Shown here: in pieces, positions 38,301-48,184 of the stretch
How positions within the stretch are numbered: the first letter of the stretch is position 1
Layout of the letters: each line of letters begins with the position of its first letter
Source of the DNA: a virus
IMG/VR virus record: IMGVR_UViG_3300044580_000126
Location: 10,661-74,660 of that record
DNA: 64,000 nucleotides
Direction: 5' to 3' (one strand)
Position numbers and translations under genes: made by a program
The notes under the pieces: model-generated
Database searches by the model: none
Told to the model about the DNA's origin: nothing
The model's input: the letters and a program-made list of their open reading frames with translations, nothing else

Positions 38301-40442
38301 TTAGTTAGCAAGTCATTGGAATTGGTATCTAAATTATTTACAATCAAAAACTTGATAAAGAATAGTATTAATGCATCAATATCAATACTATACGATATAT
38401 TAAATAAAGTTAACAAATCATTCAATTATCTGTATAATATAAAAATATTGGTATATTCAGTAAAGTCATTCTATTATAATATAAAGAATATAGTATCGAT
38501 TATGGTATTTTCGATGATATATTCAATAAGGTCTTTGGTATTCAACAGGATAACACTCATAAATAATATTCGTTCTATAATATCTAAGGGCTATTCGATA
38601 GCTTATAATATTTTGAATATATTTGTTGGACAATTTACATTGTTATTCAAGAGATATGGAATAATAATGTTATATCTGTCGTTAGTATTTAATGTTAAAA
38701 ATATAATACAATATGCGATTTCAATACTGAATAATGTTAAGAATAACATACTTTATGCATTTAGAATAATAAATAATGTAAAAATATTAGTAAAAACATT
38801 TGTTGAGATTGTCTATAACATTAGAAATGTAATTGTTAAAGACATAAGCATCATTTATAACATATTAAATAACGTATCAATCGTTTTATTAACAATATTG
38901 CATAATATTATGAACTTCATATCTCCAAAGGCATTTACGTTAAAGTATTTGTCTAAAGTTAATATAGAAGTTATAAGATCATTAGTATTTAACATACGCA
39001 ATAACGTAATAAGATTGATGTCAATTAACTGGATAATAAGAAATATGGTTTATGCCTATATGTCATTAATGTTTAATATTAAAGTATTAGTTTCAGATAC
39101 ATTCGTTTTGGTTTCAAATGTTAAAACATTAGTATCAAGGTTATATTCTAGCATTTATAATATAAGAGATGTGGTATCATCGTATATCGAATTGATATTT
39201 AATATTAATAATAATGTAAAAAGAATGTTTGTGTTCGTATATAAGCTATATGAGAATGTGATAAAGTCATTAGTGTTGGTATTTAATATAAGAACGATTA
39301 CCGTTATGATGTTGACAATTGTTAATGATATACGGATACCGATAAAGGCATCTATTTCATTCTTAAGCAATATATTGAATGTGGTTGCAAATAGCTTTAA
39401 CATTGTTTACAAACTAATGAATAACATCATAGTCTCTAAATTATTACAATACAACATATTAAATATAATACAAAAAGCATTTGCATTATTGTCATTACTG
39501 AAGAATGATCTCTATCATAGCATATCATTTTCATTCAAGATATTAGTCATTGTTTTGAACAAGCTGAATATAGTATATAATATAAAGAATATTGTTCAGT
39601 ATATGATATCTACAATATTTAATATTAGAAATAATATCAATAATGTATTTACAATAGCATATAGAGTATTGAATAATGTTAAGATAGAATATGCTATTGT
39701 TTATAAGATATTAAATAACGTTGCAAATGTTATAATATCAAAATACAATATTCACAACACCATACAACAAGTGTTCTCCATTCTTAACTTAATAAAGAAT
39801 AATCTTTACAACAGTATATCAATTTCGTATAAGATATTGGTTATAGTTTTAACAAACATATATGTAAAATACAATATTAAGAACAATATACAATCTATGA
39901 TATCTATATTATTTAATGTGAAGAATAATGTAGAATATAGATTTGTATCATTATATAAGGTATTAAACAATGTATTTAATGTCATTGCATTCAACTATAA
40001 CATAAAGAATATAATCACTAAAACAACATCATTTGTTTACAACACTATGAATATAGTGGAATCATACTTTACATTAGTATTCAAATCATTAGAAAACATA
40101 TCGAACACGATATCAATAGTGTATAAGAACTTTATGAATGTGCTATATTCATCAGTAATCTTAAATAACGTTAGGAATAATATTGGGTCATTCTTATTAA
40201 CTGTTTCATATAAAACATTGAACATCGTTAATAAAATAATATCCTTTGTATATCTGGTTGGAATATACGTTGCTAAAGCATACGTTATAATGAGGGCTTT
40301 GCCAATAAGCAAGTTGATACGGAATATTTCAATTCCAGAAGTTCATCTAAGAATATTGCCTATAAAGAAACTCATAAAGGATATCAATAAGGTAGAATTA
40401 CGTGAAAAGATAAAAGAAATATTAGAGAGAGATACAACATAA
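35391..40442 (+). CDS. Giant repeat protein: three ~100-aa N-terminal repeats, then ~1300 aa of 14-residue I/N/K-rich repeats (putative fibre or spike)
   Basis: W.DYD...GVRTDGSS repeated three times, then units such as YNIKNIVQYMISTI / FNIRNNINNVFTIA; AGGAGG RBS. Confidence 0.75.
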   Translation: MTITWTEMFDSFTPSNTGWRDYDIYTNNGVPKGAIVEIVCYTTGLGRILGVRTDGSSLDRYINSLGNADSDCSSVSILVKTDASTGYIEIYTNYTSSVTFYILGYWQGVDFTEQIIAIDPSASTSWQDYDLYTNCSVPKGNIAQCVVGVNICGVRTDGSSLSRAFAYGGGHWASMFVKCDASTGYIECMKYASTGKLYCFGYFESTMGFTEKVTRQDVTSGSDWNDFDLTSELDQDERVATFYIATNSTSSKTAGVRANGSSVNRYLSICAFSSTAKAGFSATSQTDNSGIIEIYSNTTSADYIYFMGYFTFGDLVAISKVLVTKNTIFLQIIMSISNIFNLKININNIIILLNNIVNTILKKYTLFNIIKNKINKLFTLQWLSKASILYIKKIVYGVRNYIIFLSSELYSVKINIIPKLYGIKYSINGLITRYYTAKNNILEIIVKITNIINNIKNKIFISKIILFTSKGYISKIITGLFNIKVNISKKYILLNLIKNRINESLTIRWLSKVSVLSTKRMVYGILNYITFLFSELYYIKVNVFKLFNLLYNIKTILFSTKSFAYNIKNMVLPKIFTLKYIAKSNILSVISLLYKLKINVIKTFSIKEIIRNAVLSSKLLLFNIKNVVIRSYLVKYNIRLAINSIYRQLYIIRNSVSTAKTQLYKIRNIVNDVFIFIYNSKSIILKALRIVYYIKNNISDKLSIINNIKNNILNKISLQYNIRNIVSKITAISYNIVNMIIKSYSFVYDLLNIISSKLSFKFNIRNNVIKGITVLELILVKVLSVKIIVCNMKVNIQKVFTLLSLIKTNILKGFMILSLIKTSMLKSFGVIYNIRNIVSSLFVIKWLSRINILHINSIVYSIKNNLSTIKSISYNIRLNLIRMLRINYNLLNNALKTFVLNHIIRSITTSYLTASYNIKNIVLRSLTILYDFGFMVYKSLNIVFNIKVIVNASLVNVYKILNIIETYSITLVSKSLELVSKLFTIKNLIKNSINASISILYDILNKVNKSFNYLYNIKILVYSVKSFYYNIKNIVSIMVFSMIYSIRSLVFNRITLINNIRSIISKGYSIAYNILNIFVGQFTLLFKRYGIIMLYLSLVFNVKNIIQYAISILNNVKNNILYAFRIINNVKILVKTFVEIVYNIRNVIVKDISIIYNILNNVSIVLLTILHNIMNFISPKAFTLKYLSKVNIEVIRSLVFNIRNNVIRLMSINWIIRNMVYAYMSLMFNIKVLVSDTFVLVSNVKTLVSRLYSSIYNIRDVVSSYIELIFNINNNVKRMFVFVYKLYENVIKSLVLVFNIRTITVMMLTIVNDIRIPIKASISFLSNILNVVANSFNIVYKLMNNIIVSKLLQYNILNIIQKAFALLSLLKNDLYHSISFSFKILVIVLNKLNIVYNIKNIVQYMISTIFNIRNNINNVFTIAYRVLNNVKIEYAIVYKILNNVANVIISKYNIHNTIQQVFSILNLIKNNLYNSISISYKILVIVLTNIYVKYNIKNNIQSMISILFNVKNNVEYRFVSLYKVLNNVFNVIAFNYNIKNIITKTTSFVYNTMNIVESYFTLVFKSLENISNTISIVYKNFMNVLYSSVILNNVRNNIGSFLLTVSYKTLNIVNKIISFVYLVGIYVAKAYVIMRALPISKLIRNISIPEVHLRILPIKKLIKDINKVELREKIKEILERDTT

Positions 40443-40451
40443 CATTAGTGG

Positions 40452-40778
40452 GTGCTTATAATGAGTGAACTTATTCAAGATGATATACAATATTTGGAAT
40501 TCTATCTATATGATAAGAACCCTCTTAGTGGAGCTACAGTTCCGCATACGTTATCTAATATTAATTCTATTAATTTTTATATGTATTCATATGATTCTGA
40601 TACTGCAATAATAGCAACAACGTGTTCTGTTGAAAATGCTACATTAGGATATTGCAAAGCGTTTGTAACTATACCTGTTGCGGGTAGATATGAAGCTGAA
40701 GTAGAAGTATTTGAAGGTAATCAGAGATTAACATGGAATAAAATATATTATACCGTTAAAAGTGATTTAGGTGATTAA
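40452..40778 (+). CDS. BppU-like Ig-fold virion protein
   Basis: LEFYLYD...GYCKA...AGRYEAEVEV pattern. Confidence 0.55.
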   Translation: MLIMSELIQDDIQYLEFYLYDKNPLSGATVPHTLSNINSINFYMYSYDSDTAIIATTCSVENATLGYCKAFVTIPVAGRYEAEVEVFEGNQRLTWNKIYYTVKSDLGD

Positions 40779-41409
40779 AATGAAATCTATTAAATTATCA
40801 TTTTTAGAAATTCAATCTCTTTTATCTGGTATGAAATTAAATAATAAGACTTTAGTTGATCCTGAATATTATGCGGTTGATGACTTTGTATGTTTAGGTA
40901 AGTTAAAGAAGGGTGATGATGGTTATATCTTAGAAGCGTATGATAATCCATCCATTATTAAAGTCAAGACTTATTCAAGAGAAATAGAAACAAAATATAT
41001 TCCTGATATAGAGATTAAGAAATTATCTGATTACGAGTTAGAATATATGCACTCATACTCTCATGCAATGGCTAAACATACTTCAAGTAAAGAATTCTGT
41101 AAATTGCATTTCTCGTTAGCAAATCAGATGTATCAACGTAATTTATATCATTTTGGTAATGAACCTTGCGATAGAGTGGTTGAAGTAATAAAACAATGGA
41201 GAATTCCATATAGTGAAAATATATCAATTTATTCATCTAAAGCACTTGAATATGATAAAACTATAGTTAGTGGATGGATTACATATTTATCAGGAAATAG
41301 CGAATTATATAGAAAGTTTAATAATGAAACTAAAAAAATTACATTAAATGATTGTAATATTGTAATAAGTGATATAAATAATGAACTATTAAAACGTAGA
41401 ACTGTATAG
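40771..41409 (+). CDS. Hypothetical protein
   Basis: ORF with AGGTGAT RBS. Confidence 0.6.
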   Translation: MIKMKSIKLSFLEIQSLLSGMKLNNKTLVDPEYYAVDDFVCLGKLKKGDDGYILEAYDNPSIIKVKTYSREIETKYIPDIEIKKLSDYELEYMHSYSHAMAKHTSSKEFCKLHFSLANQMYQRNLYHFGNEPCDRVVEVIKQWRIPYSENISIYSSKALEYDKTIVSGWITYLSGNSELYRKFNNETKKITLNDCNIVISDINNELLKRRTV

Positions 41410-41474
41410 ACAATTCAATGTTCGAACTAATGAATAATTAGTAATCAATATATACTATTGAGATACAGTTTTGA

Positions 41475-42017
41475 TTGGTGTTGAATATGGATGAAACATC
41501 TATCATAGCAATTACTATATCTGCTATAACACTAATTGTTCTTATCACAAATTTCATTTATACACGGAGGAATGAACGAGAGTCCGAACAACATAAAATA
41601 GAGAAACAAATAAATCAATTGGATAATACTATAGATAATAAAATACAAGCAATATGTAACAAATATAATGAATATATTAATAAGATTACCTATGACATAA
41701 GCACTATAAATTCTAAATTAAGTTGTTTAGAAGGTAGATTTGATACATTTTGGTTTATAATTGAAAAGCAATCTGCTATTTTAATAAAACAACCTATACA
41801 TTTTGAGAAAGACCAGCTTATTGATAAAATGATTGATAATACTGCAACTGGTAATGAACTATTGCAATTAAAGGCAATTTTAATAAAAGAACTCGATGAT
41901 AGACAAAAAGAGAAATCGACGTTAAGTATAGCAATAACTAACTTATTGATTGGTATAGATTATAGATTAGACGGAATTATAAAATGTGGAGATATAGAAA
42001 AAGGGAAAATTAAATAA
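41475..42017 (+). CDS. N-terminally membrane-anchored coiled-coil protein
   Basis: TM segment SIIAITISAITLIVLITNFIY followed by heptad-rich region. Confidence 0.6.
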   Translation: MVLNMDETSIIAITISAITLIVLITNFIYTRRNERESEQHKIEKQINQLDNTIDNKIQAICNKYNEYINKITYDISTINSKLSCLEGRFDTFWFIIEKQSAILIKQPIHFEKDQLIDKMIDNTATGNELLQLKAILIKELDDRQKEKSTLSIAITNLLIGIDYRLDGIIKCGDIEKGKIK

Positions 42018-42052
42018 ATAACCATTAATAATATTATTTGAAGGTGTAATTA

Positions 42053-43036
42053 ATGTCTATTGTTAATGATGAATTATTATCACAAAACGTTGAATTACGC
42101 AAGAAGCTAGGAAATAGTGAAGAACTAAATGATGTGGGTCATAAGTTTTATATGTTATCATCTTCACCAAATTTAGTGATTTATGGCGTTGCTTTATCTG
42201 AAGGTATTTGGAAAGGAGTATTTTATCCGTATGAAGTATTGAAAGCATCACTATCTAAGTTTAAGAATATTCCTATACTTGTTGGGCATGGAAAAACTGC
42301 AAAGTATGGTGATAGGAAAGTTGGTGTTGTTACAGATGTCAATTGCGATGATAACCTTAAAGCCATAACATTTAAGGGAAATGTTTCCGATCCAGAAGCA
42401 GTTGAAGATGTTAAAAATGCTATCTATGATGCTGTAAGCCCATTTGGATTACCAGATAAGATTGAAATTAACAAAGATGGCAAAACATCTATATGCGGAT
42501 ATAATCCTAATGAGCTAAGTCTTACTAATACTCCTGCTTGTAAGAGATGTTTGATATTCTCTGTCAATGAATTGAGTAATGCTTTTAAAGATGCTACCCT
42601 TAATAGTAACGATGAGGCAAAACTTATGAGTGAAAATACCTTTCCTCCAACGGAAAAAACTAATACCGATGCTAAGACTACACCAGAATCAACTCCAATT
42701 TCAAATAAAACTGAAGCACCTGCACCTCCGCAAGTAAGTAAAGAGGAATCTAAAGAGAAGAAAGAACTCCCTATTCAAACTCCTCCTCAAGAAGTCAAGA
42801 TTAAAATTGAGATAGAGCAAAAGCAACCTCCACCTGAAGAGAAGAAGGTTGAACCACCTAAACCAGATGTTTCTGAAGAGAAGAAGGAAGCACCAAAGGA
42901 CCCTCCTAAAGAGGAAGCACCGCCTAAGATATATACTCCTAATGAAATAGTTGATATGGCAAAGAAAGATAATAAGCTTGTTGATTTAGCTGTAGATAGC
43001 ATAATGAAAGATACCAAAGGGAGGAAGAAACAATGA
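42053..43036 (+). CDS. Prohead maturation protease with C-terminal scaffold region
   Basis: PILVGH...KVG, ELSLTNTPAC; P/E/K-rich tail; upstream of MCP. Confidence 0.8.
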   Translation: MSIVNDELLSQNVELRKKLGNSEELNDVGHKFYMLSSSPNLVIYGVALSEGIWKGVFYPYEVLKASLSKFKNIPILVGHGKTAKYGDRKVGVVTDVNCDDNLKAITFKGNVSDPEAVEDVKNAIYDAVSPFGLPDKIEINKDGKTSICGYNPNELSLTNTPACKRCLIFSVNELSNAFKDATLNSNDEAKLMSENTFPPTEKTNTDAKTTPESTPISNKTEAPAPPQVSKEESKEKKELPIQTPPQEVKIKIEIEQKQPPPEEKKVEPPKPDVSEEKKEAPKDPPKEEAPPKIYTPNEIVDMAKKDNKLVDLAVDSIMKDTKGRKKQ

Positions 43037-43275
43037 CAAAAACTGAAGTCGAGCTACTGAAAGAAGAGTTGAAAATATACAAAGACTTAGCTGAAAAGCA
43101 AGCAAATGTCTTAAAGGATATTCAAGCGATGTATAGTAAGAATGATGGGCTATCAATGCAAGACATTATACGGAGAAACTCTCAGCTAACAAAGAACAAT
43201 GATGACATAAATGATAAACTTAGAATTTCTGTAGATTCGATACTTAAATATTCGAAACAGTTAAATCTATTCTGA
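43033..43275 (+). CDS. Small coiled-coil protein, possible scaffold
   Basis: Shares the C-terminal VDSI(M/L)K motif with the protease tail. Confidence 0.55.
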   Translation: MTKTEVELLKEELKIYKDLAEKQANVLKDIQAMYSKNDGLSMQDIIRRNSQLTKNNDDINDKLRISVDSILKYSKQLNLF

Positions 43276-43278
43276 TTT

Positions 43279-43306
43279 TACTATTAGATAATATTATCTA
43301 ATAGTA
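43279..43306. promoter_or_regulatory. Perfect 28-bp palindrome upstream of the MCP gene
   Basis: TACTATTAGATAATATTATCTAATAGTA equals its own reverse complement. Confidence 0.6.
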
Positions 43307-43373
43307 TTTTTCTTATTTTTAATGTAAATTTTAGAATATATTTAAATATCTGTAATCATTATTAGATATGTAG

Positions 43374-44438
43374 GTGGATATTATGAAGGATATATTTGAA
43401 TTAGCAGATACCCAGTCAAGCGATGTTACAGCGATCACACCGAAGGTCATATCTGCCACTATAGAGGAAATCCGAAGGGGCAAGCGTGTCATTGCTCAGT
43501 TCTATAAAGAGAATACGGATTTAATATCTAGTGGTGGAACTGAAGTTGAGTTTCCAGCTAAAGGTTCTGGTGTTGTAATTACTACAAACATGAGTGCGGG
43601 AAACACCATAACAACTGGTAACATGGAATATACAGCAACTACAATAGCAGTCAAGAAACATGGAGTTGGGGTTGGTTTCTATGGTGAGGCAATCCGTCAA
43701 ACTAAACGGGATATCATAAGGGATGCTATTTTAGAGGCAGGAGAGGTTTTTGCTGATGCGATGGATACTATTGCTCTTGAGGCGATGTTTCCTAAAGTTA
43801 CAATTACAGCAGGTTCGGCATCTACCGTTGATACAGCTTCGACTTTAGTTATTGGTATCCAATCCACAATTGGTAACATTTCTTCACTTGTTACTAATAC
43901 AACCATGAGTGCTGTTGTGTTCGGTGGTGCTGGAACAGTCGTTGCTTGGTATATCCCAACAACTGCGGGTGGAAGGAAGACATCTGCAACTGGCGCATCT
44001 CTAAGTGCAAAGGACTTGTTCAATACAAGGGTTGAAATCGAGGGTTATAACTTTAAACCAGATGTTGTCATAATCAATCCTCTGAGGATGTCGGAAATTC
44101 TCTATGACCCTGCGACAAAGTTCGTTGAGGCGTGGACTCAGAGGGGTGGTGGACCAGCATATACGGGTGAGATTGGTCAAATATGGGATATGAAAGTAAT
44201 CGTATCTACCAAAGCTCCTATATACGGTGCTATCGTTCTTGACAGCAAATCCCTTGGTTATGAGGTTCGGAGGATGGACCTTGAACTTAAGAGGGATGAC
44301 ATTACAGGGCTTAAGACAGATATGCTTTACTTCTATGGCTTTACAGAAACTAACTTCGGTGTAGTCAATAAGAGAGCTTATGGTGCGGTTGCTCTTACGG
44401 GGACATTCGCAACTCCGACAGTAAATCCTACTAAGTAG
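43374..44438 (+). CDS. Major capsid protein (HK97 fold)
   Basis: ITPKVIS...GGTEVEFP...KKHG; KPDVVIINP; GEIGQIWDMKVIVS; position; higher-GC codon usage. Confidence 0.88.
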   Translation: MDIMKDIFELADTQSSDVTAITPKVISATIEEIRRGKRVIAQFYKENTDLISSGGTEVEFPAKGSGVVITTNMSAGNTITTGNMEYTATTIAVKKHGVGVGFYGEAIRQTKRDIIRDAILEAGEVFADAMDTIALEAMFPKVTITAGSASTVDTASTLVIGIQSTIGNISSLVTNTTMSAVVFGGAGTVVAWYIPTTAGGRKTSATGASLSAKDLFNTRVEIEGYNFKPDVVIINPLRMSEILYDPATKFVEAWTQRGGGPAYTGEIGQIWDMKVIVSTKAPIYGAIVLDSKSLGYEVRRMDLELKRDDITGLKTDMLYFYGFTETNFGVVNKRAYGAVALTGTFATPTVNPTK

Positions 44439-44450
44439 AATAGTTTCCAT

Positions 44451-44470
44451 TTGAGGGCAAACCCCCTCAA
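44451..44470 (+). terminator. Hairpin after MCP followed by a T-rich tract
   Basis: TTGAGGG-CAAACC-CCCTCAA, then ATATTTATTTTT. Confidence 0.5.
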
Positions 44471-44507
44471 ACAATATATTTATTTTTAACATTAACCACA
44501 TAATCAA

Positions 44508-45152
44508 ATGGAGAGTATCGTTATGTGGACCAATCCTGAATCTGTTCGTGTTAATATTGGATTAACTTCCGATGAGGTTAGCGATGCTGAAATTTTGCCT
44601 CATATTTACAAAGCTCAAACTGCAATGCTTGGTGATTTATGCATATATGTTAGAGATGATACTTTGAGTGGTAATATAGATGGAAACAATACTACTTTTG
44701 AAACAACATATGGCAATATAACCGATAAAAACTTTGATAATTATACCAATACCTTAGATGTTGAAGTTTACAAATGGGGTAAAGCTAATTCATTGGACTT
44801 GAGAGAAACAGTATCGCTTAATTCAATAGATGCAACATATGGATATATTTATTTAACAACTGCTCCAGCAAATACGTTTGAAGCTATTACAGCTACATAT
44901 TACGCTTATGTTAAGGAAGTTGATGTGAATCAATTAAAGGTTGCGTGTGCGTTACTATCTGGATATTATTATGTTATGGCAGAATATTTATTGATCCCTC
45001 CTACCATGTCCCATGGGGCGTATAGGTTTAGGATGCCTGAGAATGTGAAATATTTAAAGCAAGAGTATGATAACGTTGTTGCAAGAATGTTACCAATCCA
45101 TAGGAAGTCAAAGAGTGATGATATTACGCAAATTAGAGGAGAAGTAATATGA
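44508..45152 (+). CDS. Head-tail adaptor
   Basis: Follows MCP; PESVRVNIGL...SDAEI and LKVACALL pattern. Confidence 0.65.
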   Translation: MESIVMWTNPESVRVNIGLTSDEVSDAEILPHIYKAQTAMLGDLCIYVRDDTLSGNIDGNNTTFETTYGNITDKNFDNYTNTLDVEVYKWGKANSLDLRETVSLNSIDATYGYIYLTTAPANTFEAITATYYAYVKEVDVNQLKVACALLSGYYYVMAEYLLIPPTMSHGAYRFRMPENVKYLKQEYDNVVARMLPIHRKSKSDDITQIRGEVI

Positions 45153-45508
45153 AACCTAAATCATATAAAAAATTAGTAGATAGAATGATAAACAGATGGG
45201 GAGAAGATATCATACACTATAAAAAAATAACAACAATAACAGATGTAGATTTATCTGAAGAATATTGGGCTGAACCAGTTCTCATTAAAGGGCAAGTTTC
45301 GCAATTGACTGGATGGGTGGATACGTATGAAATGTTTGGGAAGTTGGTAGTTGCTGATTATCTCATCACATTCAAGACAGGAACAGATGTATCTACAGGT
45401 GATAAATTGAAAGTAAAAGATGACTTCTGCATTATTACAGAAAAGGTAAGCCGTTCAACAGCAGGGGTTGAAGATTTTATAGAATGTTTAGCGAGGAGAA
45501 CTGGATAA
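45149..45508 (+). CDS. Head closure (stopper) protein
   Basis: Position, size and VSTGDKLKV-type beta motif. Confidence 0.6.
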   Translation: MKPKSYKKLVDRMINRWGEDIIHYKKITTITDVDLSEEYWAEPVLIKGQVSQLTGWVDTYEMFGKLVVADYLITFKTGTDVSTGDKLKVKDDFCIITEKVSRSTAGVEDFIECLARRTG

Positions 45509-46002
45509 AAATGAAGATAACTGTTAACCAAAATGATTTGCAGGATTTCATATATTTGTGGAATCGTTTTAAAACAGATAAAGCAACACGAATAACAGAA
45601 GATATTGATTATAGAGTTGAATTTGTTGCACAACAATTAATGGATTGGTTAGCAAGTGATAAAAGATTTCCACAATTATTTGTATCATATTTGTTTTTTA
45701 TAAAAGAACGACCTATGATAATGTCTATGTATGTTGCTGATAATGCATTTTTAAGTGCTTTAGACGAAGGAGTTCATAATAAAATATACAGATGTCCAAA
45801 ACTAAAGTATGTTGGAGGAACTATGAAACATTATACAAATAAAAATTTAGATGAAGATAGAATATCATTTGATAAAAATGCTAAACGATGGGGATCATCA
45901 AAATATTATGATATGATAGGAGAATATTATGGTGATAAAACACAAAAGTATTTGTATGATATTATAAATAGTTATATTGAATCAGCGTTTCAAATGTGGT
46001 GA
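45484..46002 (+). CDS. Putative neck/tail completion protein (probable start ATG 45511)
   Basis: Position; LDEG motif. Confidence 0.45.
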   Translation: MFSEENWIKMKITVNQNDLQDFIYLWNRFKTDKATRITEDIDYRVEFVAQQLMDWLASDKRFPQLFVSYLFFIKERPMIMSMYVADNAFLSALDEGVHNKIYRCPKLKYVGGTMKHYTNKNLDEDRISFDKNAKRWGSSKYYDMIGEYYGDKTQKYLYDIINSYIESAFQMW

Positions 46003-46801
46003 TTATATGTCATTAGATGATAATTCAATAAAAGATACAGTAAGAACAGTAATAAGTAATTTCATATATCCAAAACAACTTGGATATGAAAGCAGTATTG
46101 CTAATACTGTAACTCTATATGAGTTATTCTATCCATTATCAACGACAATATCAACTGCTAAGTTTTATGTATCAGGAAGTATAGGAACGCCATCACCAAT
46201 GACAATAGACATCACATCAGGAAATAAGACATCTGTTCTATCTAATTTTACAATTACACCATCTATAGGTTGGAACACCTTAACAGTAAATAAAAATGTA
46301 ATATCTAGGAAAGAACACTATCTAAAGTTTTATCCTCAAGATACAAACAATTATTATTACTTAGGAGCAAGCACAATTTCAACTCCATATAAGTTGTATA
46401 AAGATTCAGAACTTCAAACTAATAACTTATCATTTGAAATATCTATACCAACGTTTGTATATAAATCGTATTCACCAAATACAATTTCAGTTGATATGTT
46501 CCCGCTTGTTTCTATAGATATTGATAGCCGAGGCAATATAGAACACCCATATATAAAAGCAACAACTGTAAGACACAGGGTTGTCTTAAGTGCAACTGTA
46601 TATAGTAAATATTCAGATGAGTTAGATAGGATTTGTTATTATATTGAAAAGGCACTTTATAAGAAGAAGATTGGATATATTGATAATGTATTTGTGGTAT
46701 CTGCTGGAAATATATCATCAATTACTCAATTTAGGGATAACATATTACAAAAATCTAAATCATTTACATTTGATATGTTTATTTCAGAAACAATTGATTG
46801 A
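45977..46801 (+). CDS. Putative tail terminator with inserted beta domain
   Basis: C-terminal FPLVSID...ATVYSK..DELDRI; directly precedes the tail tube gene. Confidence 0.5.
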   Translation: MNQRFKCGDYMSLDDNSIKDTVRTVISNFIYPKQLGYESSIANTVTLYELFYPLSTTISTAKFYVSGSIGTPSPMTIDITSGNKTSVLSNFTITPSIGWNTLTVNKNVISRKEHYLKFYPQDTNNYYYLGASTISTPYKLYKDSELQTNNLSFEISIPTFVYKSYSPNTISVDMFPLVSIDIDSRGNIEHPYIKATTVRHRVVLSATVYSKYSDELDRICYYIEKALYKKKIGYIDNVFVVSAGNISSITQFRDNILQKSKSFTFDMFISETID

Positions 46802-46851
46802 AAATCTATATATATTACACTTAACTAATGAATAGTGATAGGTGATTATTT

Positions 46852-47793
46852 ATGTCAAGTGATTATATCACAAGAGATGTTAAGTTTGGTTCAAGTGTCA
46901 ATACAGCAACGATGATACCTATAGCGGAATTAAATAAATCATTCAATTATCTTAGAGATATGGAAGTTACTGTTAAAGAGGTTACTGATTCTGCGTTTTT
47001 AATTGCAGGTTCGAGGGATCAACGAAGGATTGCAATTCTTCAAGAAGAACCAGATGTTAAATTATCTGCTGATTTAATGAGCTTCTATCCGTTATATTAT
47101 GCTCTTGGTTCTATTTCTGCATCTGCTACTCCGCCTCATACATTTGAAGTTAATTCAACAATTCCTTGGATTACTATAGCAAGAACATTAAATCCTATTG
47201 AAGCTGGAGAAAGTGGATTGCTTTGTGTATATGGTGCTAAAGTTGATAATTGTGAAATTACGTTAGAGAATGGGGCAGTTGGTAAAGTTGATATAGATTT
47301 AGTTGGAACTGGTGCAACCTTAACAACTGGAACTGTTGATAGCACTCCAGATCATTCTAAACATGCCATATACTTCTATGATATGGATATAATTGTTGAT
47401 GGGAATACTCTACCAGAAGTTAATGTATTTTCTGTAGCTGTCAATAACAATCTTGATAGGAGATTATCGGTATCAACCGCATCTGGTTATAGGGCATATT
47501 CAGTTCGTGAGGGTGGACTTGAGATTACAGGTAAGATTGGTGTTGGTGCTAAAGCATTAGGAATGTTAGAAGATGTTCTTAATCGTTCTACTGAGCACAC
47601 AATTCAAGCAGTCCTTAACAAGACTCATGGTGGAACTGCAACTGGAACTATTACAATGCCATGTGTATTCTTCTCGGAATATCCAGAAAAGCTTAGTGGT
47701 ATAGAACCTTACGAGATTGAATTAGCATATGAAGCTATGCCTCCGACAACTGGAACTGCTTTGACTATAACGACAAGCACATTATTATTATGA
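46852..47793 (+). CDS. Major tail (tube) protein
   Basis: YGAKVDNCEITL, FSVAVNNNL, GGLEITGKI; position. Confidence 0.8.
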   Translation: MSSDYITRDVKFGSSVNTATMIPIAELNKSFNYLRDMEVTVKEVTDSAFLIAGSRDQRRIAILQEEPDVKLSADLMSFYPLYYALGSISASATPPHTFEVNSTIPWITIARTLNPIEAGESGLLCVYGAKVDNCEITLENGAVGKVDIDLVGTGATLTTGTVDSTPDHSKHAIYFYDMDIIVDGNTLPEVNVFSVAVNNNLDRRLSVSTASGYRAYSVREGGLEITGKIGVGAKALGMLEDVLNRSTEHTIQAVLNKTHGGTATGTITMPCVFFSEYPEKLSGIEPYEIELAYEAMPPTTGTALTITTSTLLL

Positions 47794-47794
47794 T

Positions 47795-48184
47795 GTGATA
47801 TATATGGAGAATAAAATAACAATAGAACAATTACTACTGAACGAAGCAACTGATATTGATATACCATCTGTTGGTTCTTTTAAAGTAAGAGAACCAACAA
47901 GAGGAGATAACTTGAAGTCTAAAATAGACGCAAGTAAAGCACCTAATTGGAGTTCATTGACACAAGAGGAAAAGAATGAAGAAATAGTTATGCATCTTAT
48001 TCCAATCATTCTTGTAGAACCAAAGATGACATATGAACAGCTTAATCAGTTTCCCCAATCAAAACTTACTGCTATAGTTGAAGTTATCTCTGGTTTCATA
48101 TATAAGAAGGTTCAACAGCTTTCAGATGATAGGGAGAAACTAATGGCTGATTTTTTTCAAGTGAAGACGGGAAAGAATCCTTAA
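47795..48184 (+). CDS. Tail assembly chaperone (gpG-like)
   Basis: Between tail tube and tape measure genes; T7 slippery site at 48151-48157. Confidence 0.75.
   Translation: MIYMENKITIEQLLLNEATDIDIPSVGSFKVREPTRGDNLKSKIDASKAPNWSSLTQEEKNEEIVMHLIPIILVEPKMTYEQLNQFPQSKLTAIVEVISGFIYKKVQQLSDDREKLMADFFQVKTGKNP

Noticed and set aside
35391..40442. Diversity-generating retroelement target, or a non-coding AT-rich artefact
   Set aside because: No reverse transcriptase or TR/VR pair seen. The periodicity is at protein level and the frame is open for 5 kb.
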